From positions 1,344,001 through 1,408,000 of the forward strand of contig CAWFFN010000009.1 of the NCBI GenBank assembly GCA_963815115.1: DNA of 64,000 bases, read 5' to 3'. Each line of letters begins with the position of its first letter. Position 1 is the first letter of the stretch. Below are positions 1 through 9,434 of the stretch, in pieces. The stretch is from an uncultured delta proteobacterium. GTDB lineage: Bacteria; Desulfobacterota; Binatia; DP-6. The notes under the pieces are model-generated. The model made no database searches. It was given only the letters and a program-made list of their open reading frames with translations, and was not told the origin of the DNA. The position numbers and the translations under genes were made by a program.

Positions 1-2
1 TG

Positions 3-176
3 GCCGCGGCCTCTGGCCCGGGCGCGCCGCTCTTCCTCACCCCGCTGACGGTGGCGGACGGGGTTTCGCTCCAGATCGGCGCGGCCGTGCTCGAACGGCT
101 CCATGCGCTGGCGAGCCGCCATCATCCCGACGTCCGGGTCCTGCCACAGCTTCACAAAATCCTTGGCATCGCGTGA
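3..176 (+). CDS. queE: 3' end of probable 7-carboxy-7-deazaguanine synthase (partial, runs off window)
   Basis: Manual translation from nt 3: ...PLFLTPLT...LERLHALASRHHPDVRVLPQLHKILGIA*; the VRVxPQxHK C-terminus is typical of QueE. Confidence 0.65.
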   Translation, partial: AAASGPGAPLFLTPLTVADGVSLQIGAAVLERLHALASRHHPDVRVLPQLHKILGIA

Positions 177-242
177 GTTGACGGGTCGGAAGCGGTTTGA
201 CGCGCCGTGACAAAACGCACCGTGTCGGGTAGAATCGATGAC

Positions 243-1898
243 GTGAAGGGTCCTGCCTGGCGACAGCTCGCGCTCGACGCCCTCGCACGAGAGCGCTTCG
301 ACCTGCTGGTCATCGGAGGAGGAATCAACGGCGCGGGCATCGCGCGCGACGCCGCGCTCCGCGGCCTCCGGGTCGCCCTGGTCGAGCAGTCCGATTTCGC
401 CTCCGGTACGTCGAGCCGCTCCTCGAAGCTGATCCACGGCGGGCTGCGTTACCTCGAGCAGGGCGAGGTGCGGCTCGTGCTCGAGTCGACCCGGGAGCGC
501 GAGCGGTTGCGTCGCCTGGCGCCGCACCTGGTGCGCCCGATGCGCTTCGTCTACCCGATCTACACCGGCGCCCCGGTGAGCCGCTGGAAGCTCGCGGCCG
601 GGCTATGGGCCTACGATCTGCTGGCGGGCCTGCGCAGCGTCCGCCGCCACCGCATGTTGAGCGCCGAGCGCGTCCGCGGTACCGAGCCCGCGTTACGGAG
701 CGAGGAGCTCCTGGGCGCGGGGGAGTACTGGGACTGCTGGACCGACGATGCCCGGCTCGTGCTGGAGACCATGCTCTCGGCGCGCAGCGAGGGCGCCATC
801 GTCGTCTCGTACGCCCGTGTCGTCGGGATCACCAAGGAAGCCGGGCACGTGACCGGGGCGCGCGTGGCCGACTGCCTCGGCGGCGGCGAGCTCACCGTGC
901 GTGCGCGTGCCGTGGTCAACGCGGCGGGACCGTGGATGGACGCGGTGAGCGACCTCGACGAGCCCGCCCCGCCGCGGCTCCGCCCCACCAAGGGCGTGCA
1001 TGTCGTCGTGCCGCGCCACCGGATCGGGCACGAAGCCGCGGTCGTGCTGCACGCGGTGCAGGATGGAAGGGTGATGTTCGTCATCCCGTGGGACGAGTGC
1101 TCGCTGGTCGGGACCACCGATACCGACCATCCCGGCGGCGCCGCGGTCCCTCCCACCGTGGAGCGCGAGGACGTGGCGTACCTGCTCGACACCGTGAATC
1201 ACTACTTCCCGGCGGCCCGGCTGACCTCGGCCGACGTGGTGAGCGCGTTCGCCGGTCTTCGACCGCTGGTCGCTCCCCCTCCCGGAAAGGAAGAGTCGCC
1301 CTCCGACGTGTCGCGCGAGGAGGAGATCTTCGTCTCCCGCGCGGGGCTGATCTCGGTCGCGGGCGGGAAGCTCACCACCTACCGGCTGATCTCCGCCGAG
1401 GTGGTCGATCACGTCCGCGACCGCCTCGTGCGAACCGTCGACGGTCGCGAGATCGGCCGCTCGCGAACCGCGGATCTGCCGCTGCCCGGCGGATCGACGC
1501 CGCCCGAGACCCTGGCCGCCGTCGCGGCTTCGCGCGACGGCCACGGCGTGGCCCGCGACGTGATCGATCACCTGGCCGGGCGCTACGGCAGCCGCCTGGC
1601 GACGGTGCTCGGAATGGTGGCCAGCGACCGCACGCTCGGGGCGCCCGTGCTGCCCGCGCAGCCCGACCCGCGCGCCGAGGTCGTGGCCGCGGTCGAGGGG
1701 GAGCTCGCCCTCACCCTCGAGGACGTGCTGCGCCGCCGCACCCAGCTGGCGCTGTTCGATTCCTCCGGCGGCTCGGCGGCTGCCGACGAGGTGGCAGGGC
1801 TGATGGCCGAGCGGCTCGGATGGAGCCCGGATGACGCCCGTGCCGCCGCGAGTGCCTACGTCGAGGCGGTCCGCGAGGACCAGCGCCGGTGGCGCTGA
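243..1898 (+). CDS. glpD: FAD-dependent glycerol-3-phosphate dehydrogenase/oxidase
   Basis: IGGGINGAGIARDAA, DFASGTSSRSSKLIHGGLRYLE, GGKLTTYR, LEDVLRRRT motifs; GTG 243 preferred because GTGACA-N17-TAGAAT promoter-like element lies at 207-235. Confidence 0.9.
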   Translation: MKGPAWRQLALDALARERFDLLVIGGGINGAGIARDAALRGLRVALVEQSDFASGTSSRSSKLIHGGLRYLEQGEVRLVLESTRERERLRRLAPHLVRPMRFVYPIYTGAPVSRWKLAAGLWAYDLLAGLRSVRRHRMLSAERVRGTEPALRSEELLGAGEYWDCWTDDARLVLETMLSARSEGAIVVSYARVVGITKEAGHVTGARVADCLGGGELTVRARAVVNAAGPWMDAVSDLDEPAPPRLRPTKGVHVVVPRHRIGHEAAVVLHAVQDGRVMFVIPWDECSLVGTTDTDHPGGAAVPPTVEREDVAYLLDTVNHYFPAARLTSADVVSAFAGLRPLVAPPPGKEESPSDVSREEEIFVSRAGLISVAGGKLTTYRLISAEVVDHVRDRLVRTVDGREIGRSRTADLPLPGGSTPPETLAAVAASRDGHGVARDVIDHLAGRYGSRLATVLGMVASDRTLGAPVLPAQPDPRAEVVAAVEGELALTLEDVLRRRTQLALFDSSGGSAAADEVAGLMAERLGWSPDDARAAASAYVEAVREDQRRWR

Positions 1899-2557
1899 AC
1901 GTCGCGCGCGAGACCAAGGCAGCCCGAAAGATCCGGGCCCGGGTGATCGCCCGGGGGCTCGCCCGTGCCTATCCGGACGCCTGGTGCGAGCTCGACTATC
2001 GCAATGCCTGGGAGCTGGTCGTCGCCACCATCCTGTCGGCGCAGTGCACCGACAAGATGGTCAACCGGGTGACTCCGGCCCTGTTCGCCGCGTTTCCCAA
2101 GCCTGCCGCCCTGGCCGCGGCCGATCCGGCTCGTGTCGAGGCGCTCATCAAGCCGACGGGCTTCTTCCGCCAGAAGACCCGCGCCATCCAGAGGGTCGCG
2201 CGCGCCATAGCGGAGGAGCATGGCAACAAGGTCCCGAACACCATGGAGGCCCTGGTGGCCCTGCCCGGGATCGGGCGGAAGACGGCCAACGTCGTCCTCG
2301 GCACGGCATTCGGGCAGCCCGCCCTCTTCGTGGACACGCACGTGAGACGGCTGGCGAACCGCCTCGGCCTGACCGTGCAGGACGATCCCGATCGGATCGA
2401 GCGCGATCTCCAGGAGCTCCTTCCGCCGAAGGACTGGACCCTGTTCGCCCACCGGCTGATCCACCACGGCCGGCGCGTGTGCGCAGCGCGCACGCCACGC
2501 TGTGGCGAGTGCCAGGTGGCGCGCTGGTGTCCCCGGATCGGCGTCGACCGGGCCTAG
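1889..2557 (+). CDS. nth: Endonuclease III
   Basis: LSAQCTD, HhH LPGIGRKTANVV, VDTHV, C-terminal CX6CX2CX5C. Confidence 0.95.
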   Translation: MALNVARETKAARKIRARVIARGLARAYPDAWCELDYRNAWELVVATILSAQCTDKMVNRVTPALFAAFPKPAALAAADPARVEALIKPTGFFRQKTRAIQRVARAIAEEHGNKVPNTMEALVALPGIGRKTANVVLGTAFGQPALFVDTHVRRLANRLGLTVQDDPDRIERDLQELLPPKDWTLFAHRLIHHGRRVCAARTPRCGECQVARWCPRIGVDRA

Positions 2558-2738
2558 CCACTCCGCGACACGCCCCCCCGTTCCGATCCGTCCATTCACT
2601 ACCCAGGATCCGCGCCGGAAGGCGTTGGGGCGAACGACCGTTTGGATTTTTCTTGACAACCGTTCGCAGTTGACGTTACGGTGCCTAGCCCGATTTGAAC
2701 GAAATTCCAGCAGGTTACGCAGAAGAAGCGGAGAAACG

Positions 2739-3779
2739 ATGGCCGTCTACACGCAACTCAAAAAATCCGAGCTCGCCGATATCGTGGAGGACTACGGACT
2801 CGTGAAGCTCGTTGCCGCGTCGGGAATCCCGACCGGCTCAGTCAACACGAACTACTGCCTCGAGACCGCCCGCGGCCGCCATCTGCTCCGCATCGACGAG
2901 GTCAAGGGCGAGCTCGACGTGAAACGCGAACTCGACTTCCTGGTCTATCTCCGCAAGCACGGCTTCCCCTGCCCGCAGCCGATCGCCGATCGCAAGGGAC
3001 GCTGGTACCGGGAGAGCGCCGGCAAGTGTCTGTCCCTCTACCGCTGGCTCGACGGCCAGCTCGTGCCCGCCGACCGTCTCGGCGCCCCGCGCCTCGAGAC
3101 CGTCGGGCGCGCGCTCGCCGACCTGCATCTCATCGGCAAGAGCTACAAGAAGGGCATCGAGAACCGCTTCACGTACGAGCGCGTGTCCCAGCTCTACGCC
3201 GAGGTGCGCGAGCGCCTGCCTCCCTACTTTCACAAGATGGTGCGAACCCTCGACGACGAGGTCGCCTACCTCCAGCACTACCTCGAGAACAAGCTGCCGA
3301 GGGGGGTCATCCACGGCGACCTGTTCCACGACAACCTGCTCTTCAAGGGCGAGAAGCTCGTCGCCATCCTGGACTTCGAGGCTGCGTGTCGCGGGAAGTT
3401 CATCTTCGACCTCGCGACGGCGGTGAATGCGCTCTGTTTCGACGGCGAGCGCTACGTCCTCAAGCGCTTCGAGCCGCTCATCACCGGCTACGAATCGCTG
3501 CGCCCGCTCTCGCTCGCCGAGTGGGATGCGTTCCCGAACGAGCTCCGGCTGTCCGCCTTCCGGTTCACGGTCACCCGCCTGCGCGATTTCCTCCTCCGCC
3601 CGATGGACGCGAGCCTCCGGACCGACAAGGACTTCCGGGAGTTCTACGAGCGCCTGCGCATCCTGCGCCGTGAGCGCGACGGCGGCATGGATACGTTGCT
3701 CATGGCCATGGCGACCGGCTACGACTACCGGAAGTACCAGCGGGTGAAGGCGCTGGAGAAGAAGCGCTCATCCAGCTAA
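2739..3779 (+). CDS. thrB: Homoserine kinase type II (APH-like fold)
   Basis: MAVYT start, G..NTNY, GVIHGDLFHDN, LDFE motifs; ATG at 2739 after GGAG. Confidence 0.85.
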   Translation: MAVYTQLKKSELADIVEDYGLVKLVAASGIPTGSVNTNYCLETARGRHLLRIDEVKGELDVKRELDFLVYLRKHGFPCPQPIADRKGRWYRESAGKCLSLYRWLDGQLVPADRLGAPRLETVGRALADLHLIGKSYKKGIENRFTYERVSQLYAEVRERLPPYFHKMVRTLDDEVAYLQHYLENKLPRGVIHGDLFHDNLLFKGEKLVAILDFEAACRGKFIFDLATAVNALCFDGERYVLKRFEPLITGYESLRPLSLAEWDAFPNELRLSAFRFTVTRLRDFLLRPMDASLRTDKDFREFYERLRILRRERDGGMDTLLMAMATGYDYRKYQRVKALEKKRSSS

Positions 3780-3788
3780 AGCGACCGC

Positions 3789-4664
3789 GTGCAGATCAAG
3801 GAGCTGTTCGGCCGGGGACGCCCCATCGTCTCGTTCGAGTTCTTCCCGCCGCGCACCCCCGAGGGCGAAGCGGCGCTGTTGCGCACCCTAGAGGCGCTGC
3901 GGCCCCTGGCTCCCTCCTTCGTCTCCGTGACGCGCACCGGCGGCAAGCCACGCGAAGCGCCGGTCGAGATCGTCGAGCGCATCAAGCGGCTCGGCATCGA
4001 GGGCGCGGTGCACGTCACCGCGATCGAGGCCACCCGCGAGGAGATCGCGCGCCACTGCGAGCTGGTCGTGTCGCGCGGGATCGAGAACCTGGTCACCATC
4101 CGTGGCGACGTCCCGGCGGATACGTCCTTCCGGGCCCCGGCCGACGGGTTCCGCTACGGCGTCGACCTCGTCCGCTTCATCCGCGAGCGCGGGTATCCGC
4201 TCTGCCTCATCGGCGGCGGCCATCCCGAGGGTCATCCGGAGTGCCGCGACCTGGACCTCAGCATCCAGCATCTCAAGATGAAGGTCGACGCGGGACTCGA
4301 CGTCGTCATCACCCAGCTGTTCTACGACAACGAGTTCTACTTCCGCTTCGCCGAGCGGGCGCGGCGCGCCGGCATCACCGTGCCCCTCGTCGCCGGTATC
4401 ATGCCGATCACCAACGCCCGACAGATCCAGCGCATCACGCAGCTGTCGGGCAACGCGGTGCCGCCCGGGCTCGCGGCCGCCCTCGAGCGTGCGGGCGACG
4501 ATGCGAAGGCCGGGCTGGCGCTCGGCGTCGAGTACGGCACGCGCCAGTGCGCGGAGCTCCTGCGGGCCGGTGCGCCCGGCATCCACTTCTACACGCTCAA
4601 CCAATCGCCGGCGACGCGCGCGATCTTCGAGAACCTGCGACGGGATCGACTGGTGGGTAGCTGA
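3789..4664 (+). CDS. metF: 5,10-methylenetetrahydrofolate reductase
   Basis: [35 protein letters not shown] motifs. Confidence 0.95.
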   Translation: MQIKELFGRGRPIVSFEFFPPRTPEGEAALLRTLEALRPLAPSFVSVTRTGGKPREAPVEIVERIKRLGIEGAVHVTAIEATREEIARHCELVVSRGIENLVTIRGDVPADTSFRAPADGFRYGVDLVRFIRERGYPLCLIGGGHPEGHPECRDLDLSIQHLKMKVDAGLDVVITQLFYDNEFYFRFAERARRAGITVPLVAGIMPITNARQIQRITQLSGNAVPPGLAAALERAGDDAKAGLALGVEYGTRQCAELLRAGAPGIHFYTLNQSPATRAIFENLRRDRLVGS

Positions 4665-4711
4665 GGGCGGTCGCCTTGCCCCGGAAAACCCCATCCGTTA
4701 GAGCCCCGGAC

Positions 4712-5272
4712 ATGGCGCACGACGATCTCGAGACGCACGTGTCGGCGATCCTGCGCGCCATCGACCCCGAGCCCGGGCGCGAAGGCCTCGAGCGTACGCC
4801 CGAGCGGGTGGCACGCGCGCTCACCTACCTGACACGCGGCTACCAGGAGGACCCGCGCAGCGTCATCAACGGGGCGCTCTTCACCGAGCCCTACTCGGAG
4901 ATGATCGTGGTGAGCGACATCGACTTCTTCTCGCTCTGCGAGCATCACATCCTCCCCTTCTTCGGCAAGGCGCACGTCGCCTACATCCCGCGCGAGCGCA
5001 TCGTGGGCATCAGCAAGCTCGCCCGCCTGGTCGAGGTGTTTGCCCGGCGGCTTCAGGTCCAGGAGCGCATGACGACGCAGATCGCGACGACCGTCCAGGA
5101 TCAGCTCGATCCGCTCGGCGTCGCCGTGGTCCTCGAGGCCGAGCACCTCTGCATGCGCATGCGGGGTGTCGAGAAGCAGAACTCCCGCGTCACCACGAGT
5201 GCGATGCTCGGTAGCTTCCAGACGAACCAGAAGACGCGCGAGGAGTTCATGACGCTGATCACGCGGCGGTGA
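4712..5272 (+). CDS. folE: GTP cyclohydrolase I
   Basis: [46 protein letters not shown]. Confidence 0.95.
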   Translation: MAHDDLETHVSAILRAIDPEPGREGLERTPERVARALTYLTRGYQEDPRSVINGALFTEPYSEMIVVSDIDFFSLCEHHILPFFGKAHVAYIPRERIVGISKLARLVEVFARRLQVQERMTTQIATTVQDQLDPLGVAVVLEAEHLCMRMRGVEKQNSRVTTSAMLGSFQTNQKTREEFMTLITRR

Positions 5273-5760
5273 CGCGCACGCTGGCGGCCCGCTCGCTCGA
5301 GCTGCTCGGTCCGGTCGAGGGTCGCGTCGCCGTGCTCGGATCCCGCCCGCGGCGGCTGGCGGCGGCGCTCGAGGAACGCGTGGCGCTCGCCGGCGTCGAC
5401 GAGGCGGCCGCCGCGGCGGTGGTCACCTTCCTCGGTGCGAGCGCCGTCCCCGCCGAGCGGCAAGCGCTGCTGGCGTCGCTCGCAGGCCAGCTCCCGGGCG
5501 GGGCGCCGGTGGTGCTGCTCGATCACAACCAGCCGCGGACCTGGTGGCGCCGCGCGCTCGGCGTCGCGACGCTCGCGCTGCGCGGACTCGGGCCGGCACG
5601 GGCACGCTACCCGGCCGCCCGCGAGCTGGCGGTGCTGGGGCTGGAGGTCGAGCGCCTCCGGCTCGCGCGCGGCGAACGAGTCCAGCTCGTGGCGGCGCGA
5701 TGGCGGCCGCGGACGCGTCCGGACGGCGCCGAGCTTGTGGTCCCCCCGGGGAGTCAGTAG
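5269..5760 (+). CDS. Hypothetical protein, possibly degenerate class I methyltransferase fold
   Basis: GTGA overlap with folE; [12 protein letters not shown] resembles methyltransferase motif III region but no clear SAM-binding GxGxG. Confidence 0.5.
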   Translation: MTRTLAARSLELLGPVEGRVAVLGSRPRRLAAALEERVALAGVDEAAAAAVVTFLGASAVPAERQALLASLAGQLPGGAPVVLLDHNQPRTWWRRALGVATLALRGLGPARARYPAARELAVLGLEVERLRLARGERVQLVAARWRPRTRPDGAELVVPPGSQ

Positions 5761-5779
5761 AAGGCGCGGAGCGCGGAAG

Positions 5780-6949
5780 ATGGCGGTGCGGAGTTCCGGC
5801 GAGCGGCGGGCCCAGGCCGCGAAGGGTGACCGGCTGGCGGTCGCGCGCGGGCCCGACGGGGCGCTGATCGTCCGGCTCGCGGGTGCCTGGTCGCTGGAGC
5901 ACGGCCTCCCCGATACCGCGCCGGTGGAGGAGGCGCTGGCCGCCGACCCGCCGCCGCGCACCGTCAGGTTCGACACCGAGGGGCTCGACCGCTGGGACTC
6001 CGGGGTGCTGGCGATCATCGCCAAGCTGGACGACCTCGCCCACCGCCGCAAGGTGGACGTCGATCGCAACGGCTTGCCGCCCGGCCTGCAGCGCCTGCTC
6101 ACCCTCGCCGGCACCGTGTCGGAGAAGCAGGGGGCGCAGCAGCCCCCCGGGCACGTCTCGCGGCTCGCCCGGCTCGGTGCCGGCGCGCTGGCCGCCTGGG
6201 CGGCGACGCTGAGCGCGCTGGCGTTTCTCGGGGAGGCGACCCTCTCCTTCGGGCGGCTGGTGACGCGCCGGGCGCGCTTCCGCTGGCGCGATCTCGGCGT
6301 GATCGTCCAGGAGTGCGGCGCGCAGGCCCTGCCCATCGTCACCCTGATCAACTTCCTGGTCGGCATGATCATCGCGTTCGTCGGCGCCGTGCAGCTCAAG
6401 AAGTTCGGCGCCAGCATCTACATCGCCGATCTGGTGGCGATCGCGACGGCGCGCGAGCTCGGCTGCCTCATGACCGCGGTCATCATGTCCGGGCGCACCG
6501 GCTCGGGGTTCGCCGCCCAGCTGGGCACCATGCAGGTGAACCAGGAGATCGAGGCGCTCGAGACCATGGGCGTGTCGCCGATGGACTTCCTGGTGCTGCC
6601 CCGCATCCTGGCGCTGGTGCTGATGATGCCGCTGCTCTGCATCTACGCCGACGTCGTCGGGATGCTCGGGGGCGCGTTCGTCGCCGTCGGCATGCTCGAC
6701 ATCACCGCGACGCAGTTCTGGCTCGAAGGCAAACGCGCGATCACGCTCACCGACCTCGGCCTGGGCGTCAGCAAGAGCCTCGTCTTCGGCGTCATCATCG
6801 CGATCGCCGGCTGCATGCAGGGGATGCACGCGGGCCGCAACGCCGCGGCCGTGGGTCAGGCCGCCACCTCGGCGGTCGTCCTCAGCATCGTGTGGATCGT
6901 CGTGGCGGACGGTCTCTTCGCGGTCCTGTGCAACGCACTCGGGATCTGA
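5780..6949 (+). CDS. mlaE: MlaE-family ABC permease with N-terminal STAS-like domain
   Basis: WDSG STAS-like segment; RELGCLMTAVIMSGRTGSGFAAQLGTMQVNQEIEAL; VGQAATSAVV. Confidence 0.9.
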   Translation: MAVRSSGERRAQAAKGDRLAVARGPDGALIVRLAGAWSLEHGLPDTAPVEEALAADPPPRTVRFDTEGLDRWDSGVLAIIAKLDDLAHRRKVDVDRNGLPPGLQRLLTLAGTVSEKQGAQQPPGHVSRLARLGAGALAAWAATLSALAFLGEATLSFGRLVTRRARFRWRDLGVIVQECGAQALPIVTLINFLVGMIIAFVGAVQLKKFGASIYIADLVAIATARELGCLMTAVIMSGRTGSGFAAQLGTMQVNQEIEALETMGVSPMDFLVLPRILALVLMMPLLCIYADVVGMLGGAFVAVGMLDITATQFWLEGKRAITLTDLGLGVSKSLVFGVIIAIAGCMQGMHAGRNAAAVGQAATSAVVLSIVWIVVADGLFAVLCNALGI

Positions 6950-6950
6950 G

Positions 6951-7736
6951 ATGGCGGAGGAGGCCAAGGAAGACCGGATCACGGTGCGCGATCTCACGAT
7001 GGCCTTCGGCGACTTCGTCGTGATGCGCGACCTCGACTTCACCGTGAAGCGGGGCAGCATCTTCTTCATCATGGGTGGCAGCGGCTGCGGCAAGAGCACG
7101 CTGCTGCGGCACATGATCGGGTTGAACGAGCCGGCGAAAGGCGAGGTCCTCTACGACGACGTGAACTTCACCCAGGCGTCGCCGGAGGAGCGCGAGCAGA
7201 TGCGCCGGCGCTTCGGCGTGCTGTATCAGAGCGGGGCGCTGTGGAGCTCCATGACGCTGGCGGAGAACATCGGCCTGCCGCTGGGAGAGTTCACCGAGCT
7301 GTCGCCGGCGGAGATCGACGAGGTCGCCGCGCTGAAGCTCGCGCTCGTGGGCCTGCGCGGCTTCGAGGACTACTTTCCGTCCGAGATCAGCGGCGGCATG
7401 CAAAAGCGGGCCGGCCTGGCGCGCGCCATGGCGCTCGACCCCGACATCCTCTTCCTCGACGAGCCCTCCGCCGGCCTGGACCCCATCACCTCGCGGCTCC
7501 TCGACGAGCTCATCGTCGGGCTGCGTGACAGCCTCGGGGCCACGATCGTGGTCGTCTCGCACGAGCTCGCGAGCATCCTGTCGATCGGCGACGACTCCAT
7601 CTTCCTCGACACCGAGACGCGCACGATGGGGGCGCGCGGCAAGCCGAGCGAGCTGCTCGAGCACTCCGACAATCCCAACGTGCGGCGCTTCCTCACGCGC
7701 AGCGCCGAAGAGTCGTCGGGAGGCAAGGCGGCGTGA
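6951..7736 (+). CDS. mlaF: MlaF-family ABC ATPase
   Basis: Walker A GGSGCGKS, ISGGMQKRAGLARA, LDEPSAGLDP. Confidence 0.92.
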   Translation: MAEEAKEDRITVRDLTMAFGDFVVMRDLDFTVKRGSIFFIMGGSGCGKSTLLRHMIGLNEPAKGEVLYDDVNFTQASPEEREQMRRRFGVLYQSGALWSSMTLAENIGLPLGEFTELSPAEIDEVAALKLALVGLRGFEDYFPSEISGGMQKRAGLARAMALDPDILFLDEPSAGLDPITSRLLDELIVGLRDSLGATIVVVSHELASILSIGDDSIFLDTETRTMGARGKPSELLEHSDNPNVRRFLTRSAEESSGGKAA

Positions 7737-8707
7737 GCAGGAGCAAGCGCGCCAGTCCGACCCTGGTCGGGGCCTTCGTCCTCGGCGCGATCGCGATCGC
7801 GCTGGCCGGCCTCGCCGTCTTCGGCTCGGGCAAGCTCTTCCGGCGGACGTCGCAGTTCGTGATGGTGTTCGGCGGCTCGGTGAACGGCCTCAGCATCGGG
7901 GCGCCGGTCAAGTTCCGCGGCGTCCAGGTCGGGTCCGTCACCCAGATCCTGCTCTCGCTCCCCGGCATGACGCTGCCCGACCTGCGCATTCCCGTCTTCA
8001 TCGAGATCGACCAGGATCTGGTGTCGAAGCTCGGCGGCATGATCAACCCGGCGGAGCCGACCAGCTTCGCCGCGCTCATCGACCAGGGCCTGCGGGCGCA
8101 GCTCCAGCTCGAGAGCATCGTCACCGGCGTGCTGTTCGTCGAGCTCGACCTGTTTCCGGACTCCCAGGTGAACCTCTTCTTGCCCAAGGAGAGCGGCTAC
8201 CTCGAGATCCCGACGCAGCCGACGCTGCTGCAAGAGGCCAGCCAGACGGGTGCCGATCTGATCGCGAAGCTGCGCGACGTCGACTTCGACGGCCTGGTCA
8301 CCTCCATCCGGGACGCCGCGCGCAGCGTCGGCGAGCTGGCGGGTTCGCCCGAGCTGCGCCAGACGCTGACCGCTGCGCGCGAGGCCATGGTGTCGGCTCG
8401 CGACACGCTGGGCGAGATCAGACCGCGCATCCCGCAGTTCGCGACCGGCGTCGACTCGGCGTCGAACCGGCTGCAGGGCTCGCTCAAGCGCTTCGACACG
8501 ACTCTCGGCTCCCTCGACACGGCGCTGGGTTCCCTCGACGCAACGCTGGGCTCGGTGAACCGACTGGTCGATCCGCGCGCGCCCCTGGTGTACCAGCTCA
8601 CCACCACGCTGGGAGACCTGGGCGCGGCGGCGAAGTCGGTGCGCGAGCTGGCGGACTACCTGGACCGCAATCCGAGCGCCATCATCACCGGCCGCTCGCC
8701 GCGCTGA
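7733..8707 (+). CDS. MlaD/PqiB-family MCE protein
   Basis: N-terminal TM, SVNGLSIGAPVKFRGVQVGSV MCE motif, helical C-terminus ending LADYLDRNPSAIITG. Confidence 0.9.
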   Translation: MSRSKRASPTLVGAFVLGAIAIALAGLAVFGSGKLFRRTSQFVMVFGGSVNGLSIGAPVKFRGVQVGSVTQILLSLPGMTLPDLRIPVFIEIDQDLVSKLGGMINPAEPTSFAALIDQGLRAQLQLESIVTGVLFVELDLFPDSQVNLFLPKESGYLEIPTQPTLLQEASQTGADLIAKLRDVDFDGLVTSIRDAARSVGELAGSPELRQTLTAAREAMVSARDTLGEIRPRIPQFATGVDSASNRLQGSLKRFDTTLGSLDTALGSLDATLGSVNRLVDPRAPLVYQLTTTLGDLGAAAKSVRELADYLDRNPSAIITGRSPR

Positions 8708-8717
8708 GGAGCTCCGG

Positions 8718-9332
8718 ATGCTCGCCCGTCGCCTGCCCCGCCGCGCTCTTCCGGCCGTGGTCGCCTTCGCAGCGATCGCGGGATGCGGCCTCCTGGCGTC
8801 GCCCAAGCCCGACAAGACGCGCTTCTACACCCTCGCCACGCCGGCGCCCGAAGGAGGACGCGGCGGGAGCAGCTCCCTGGCCGTCGGGCTGGGGCCGAAC
8901 ACCTGGCCCGGATATCTCGACCGGCCGCAGCTGGTGATCCGCCTCGACGAGGAGCGCATCGTGCTGGCGCCATCGGAGCGGTGGGCCGAGCCGCTGCGCA
9001 CCCAGTTCGAGCGCGGCCTCTCGTACCACCTGATGAACGTGCTCGGCACCGACGACGTGGTCGTCTTCCCCTGGTGGCCGGCACGCCGCGTCGACGTGAT
9101 CGTCGAGGTCAACGTGCGCGCCTTCGAGGCTGCCTCGGACGGCTTCGCCCACCTCGACGCGCTCTGGACGGTGAAGGAAGCGCACCGCGACAACGCGCTC
9201 CAGACCGGGCAGCGCAGCGTCCGGGAGCCCATCAGCCCGGGCGGTACGGAGCAAGCCGTGGCGGCGCTGGGTCGTGCGCTGGGACAGCTCGGCGACGCCA
9301 TCGCCGACGACGTCCGGCGCGAGTCGCGCTAG
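8718..9332 (+). CDS. PqiC-like ABC transport auxiliary lipoprotein
   Basis: Lipobox IAGC, PGYLDRPQLV, ERWAEPL. Confidence 0.85.
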   Translation: MLARRLPRRALPAVVAFAAIAGCGLLASPKPDKTRFYTLATPAPEGGRGGSSSLAVGLGPNTWPGYLDRPQLVIRLDEERIVLAPSERWAEPLRTQFERGLSYHLMNVLGTDDVVVFPWWPARRVDVIVEVNVRAFEAASDGFAHLDALWTVKEAHRDNALQTGQRSVREPISPGGTEQAVAALGRALGQLGDAIADDVRRESR

Positions 9333-9434
9333 GCACCCGCGTCCCGCTCCGGTCCGTCATTCGCCGCCGGATGGCCGTTGGACTTGTAGAGCGGCCAGGA
9401 ACGAAGCTACAGGATCGGCTTCGGAGCTAGCGAG

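Noticed and set aside
2558-2738. Possible SAM or THF riboswitch ahead of thrB-metF-folE
   Set aside because: No recognisable aptamer consensus; only a TTGACA promoter-like element
8495-8556. Short tandem repeat (TTLGSLD/TALGSLD/ATLGSV) in the MCE gene
   Set aside because: Ordinary heptad repeats of the MlaD/PqiB helical region, not a CRISPR or VNTR system
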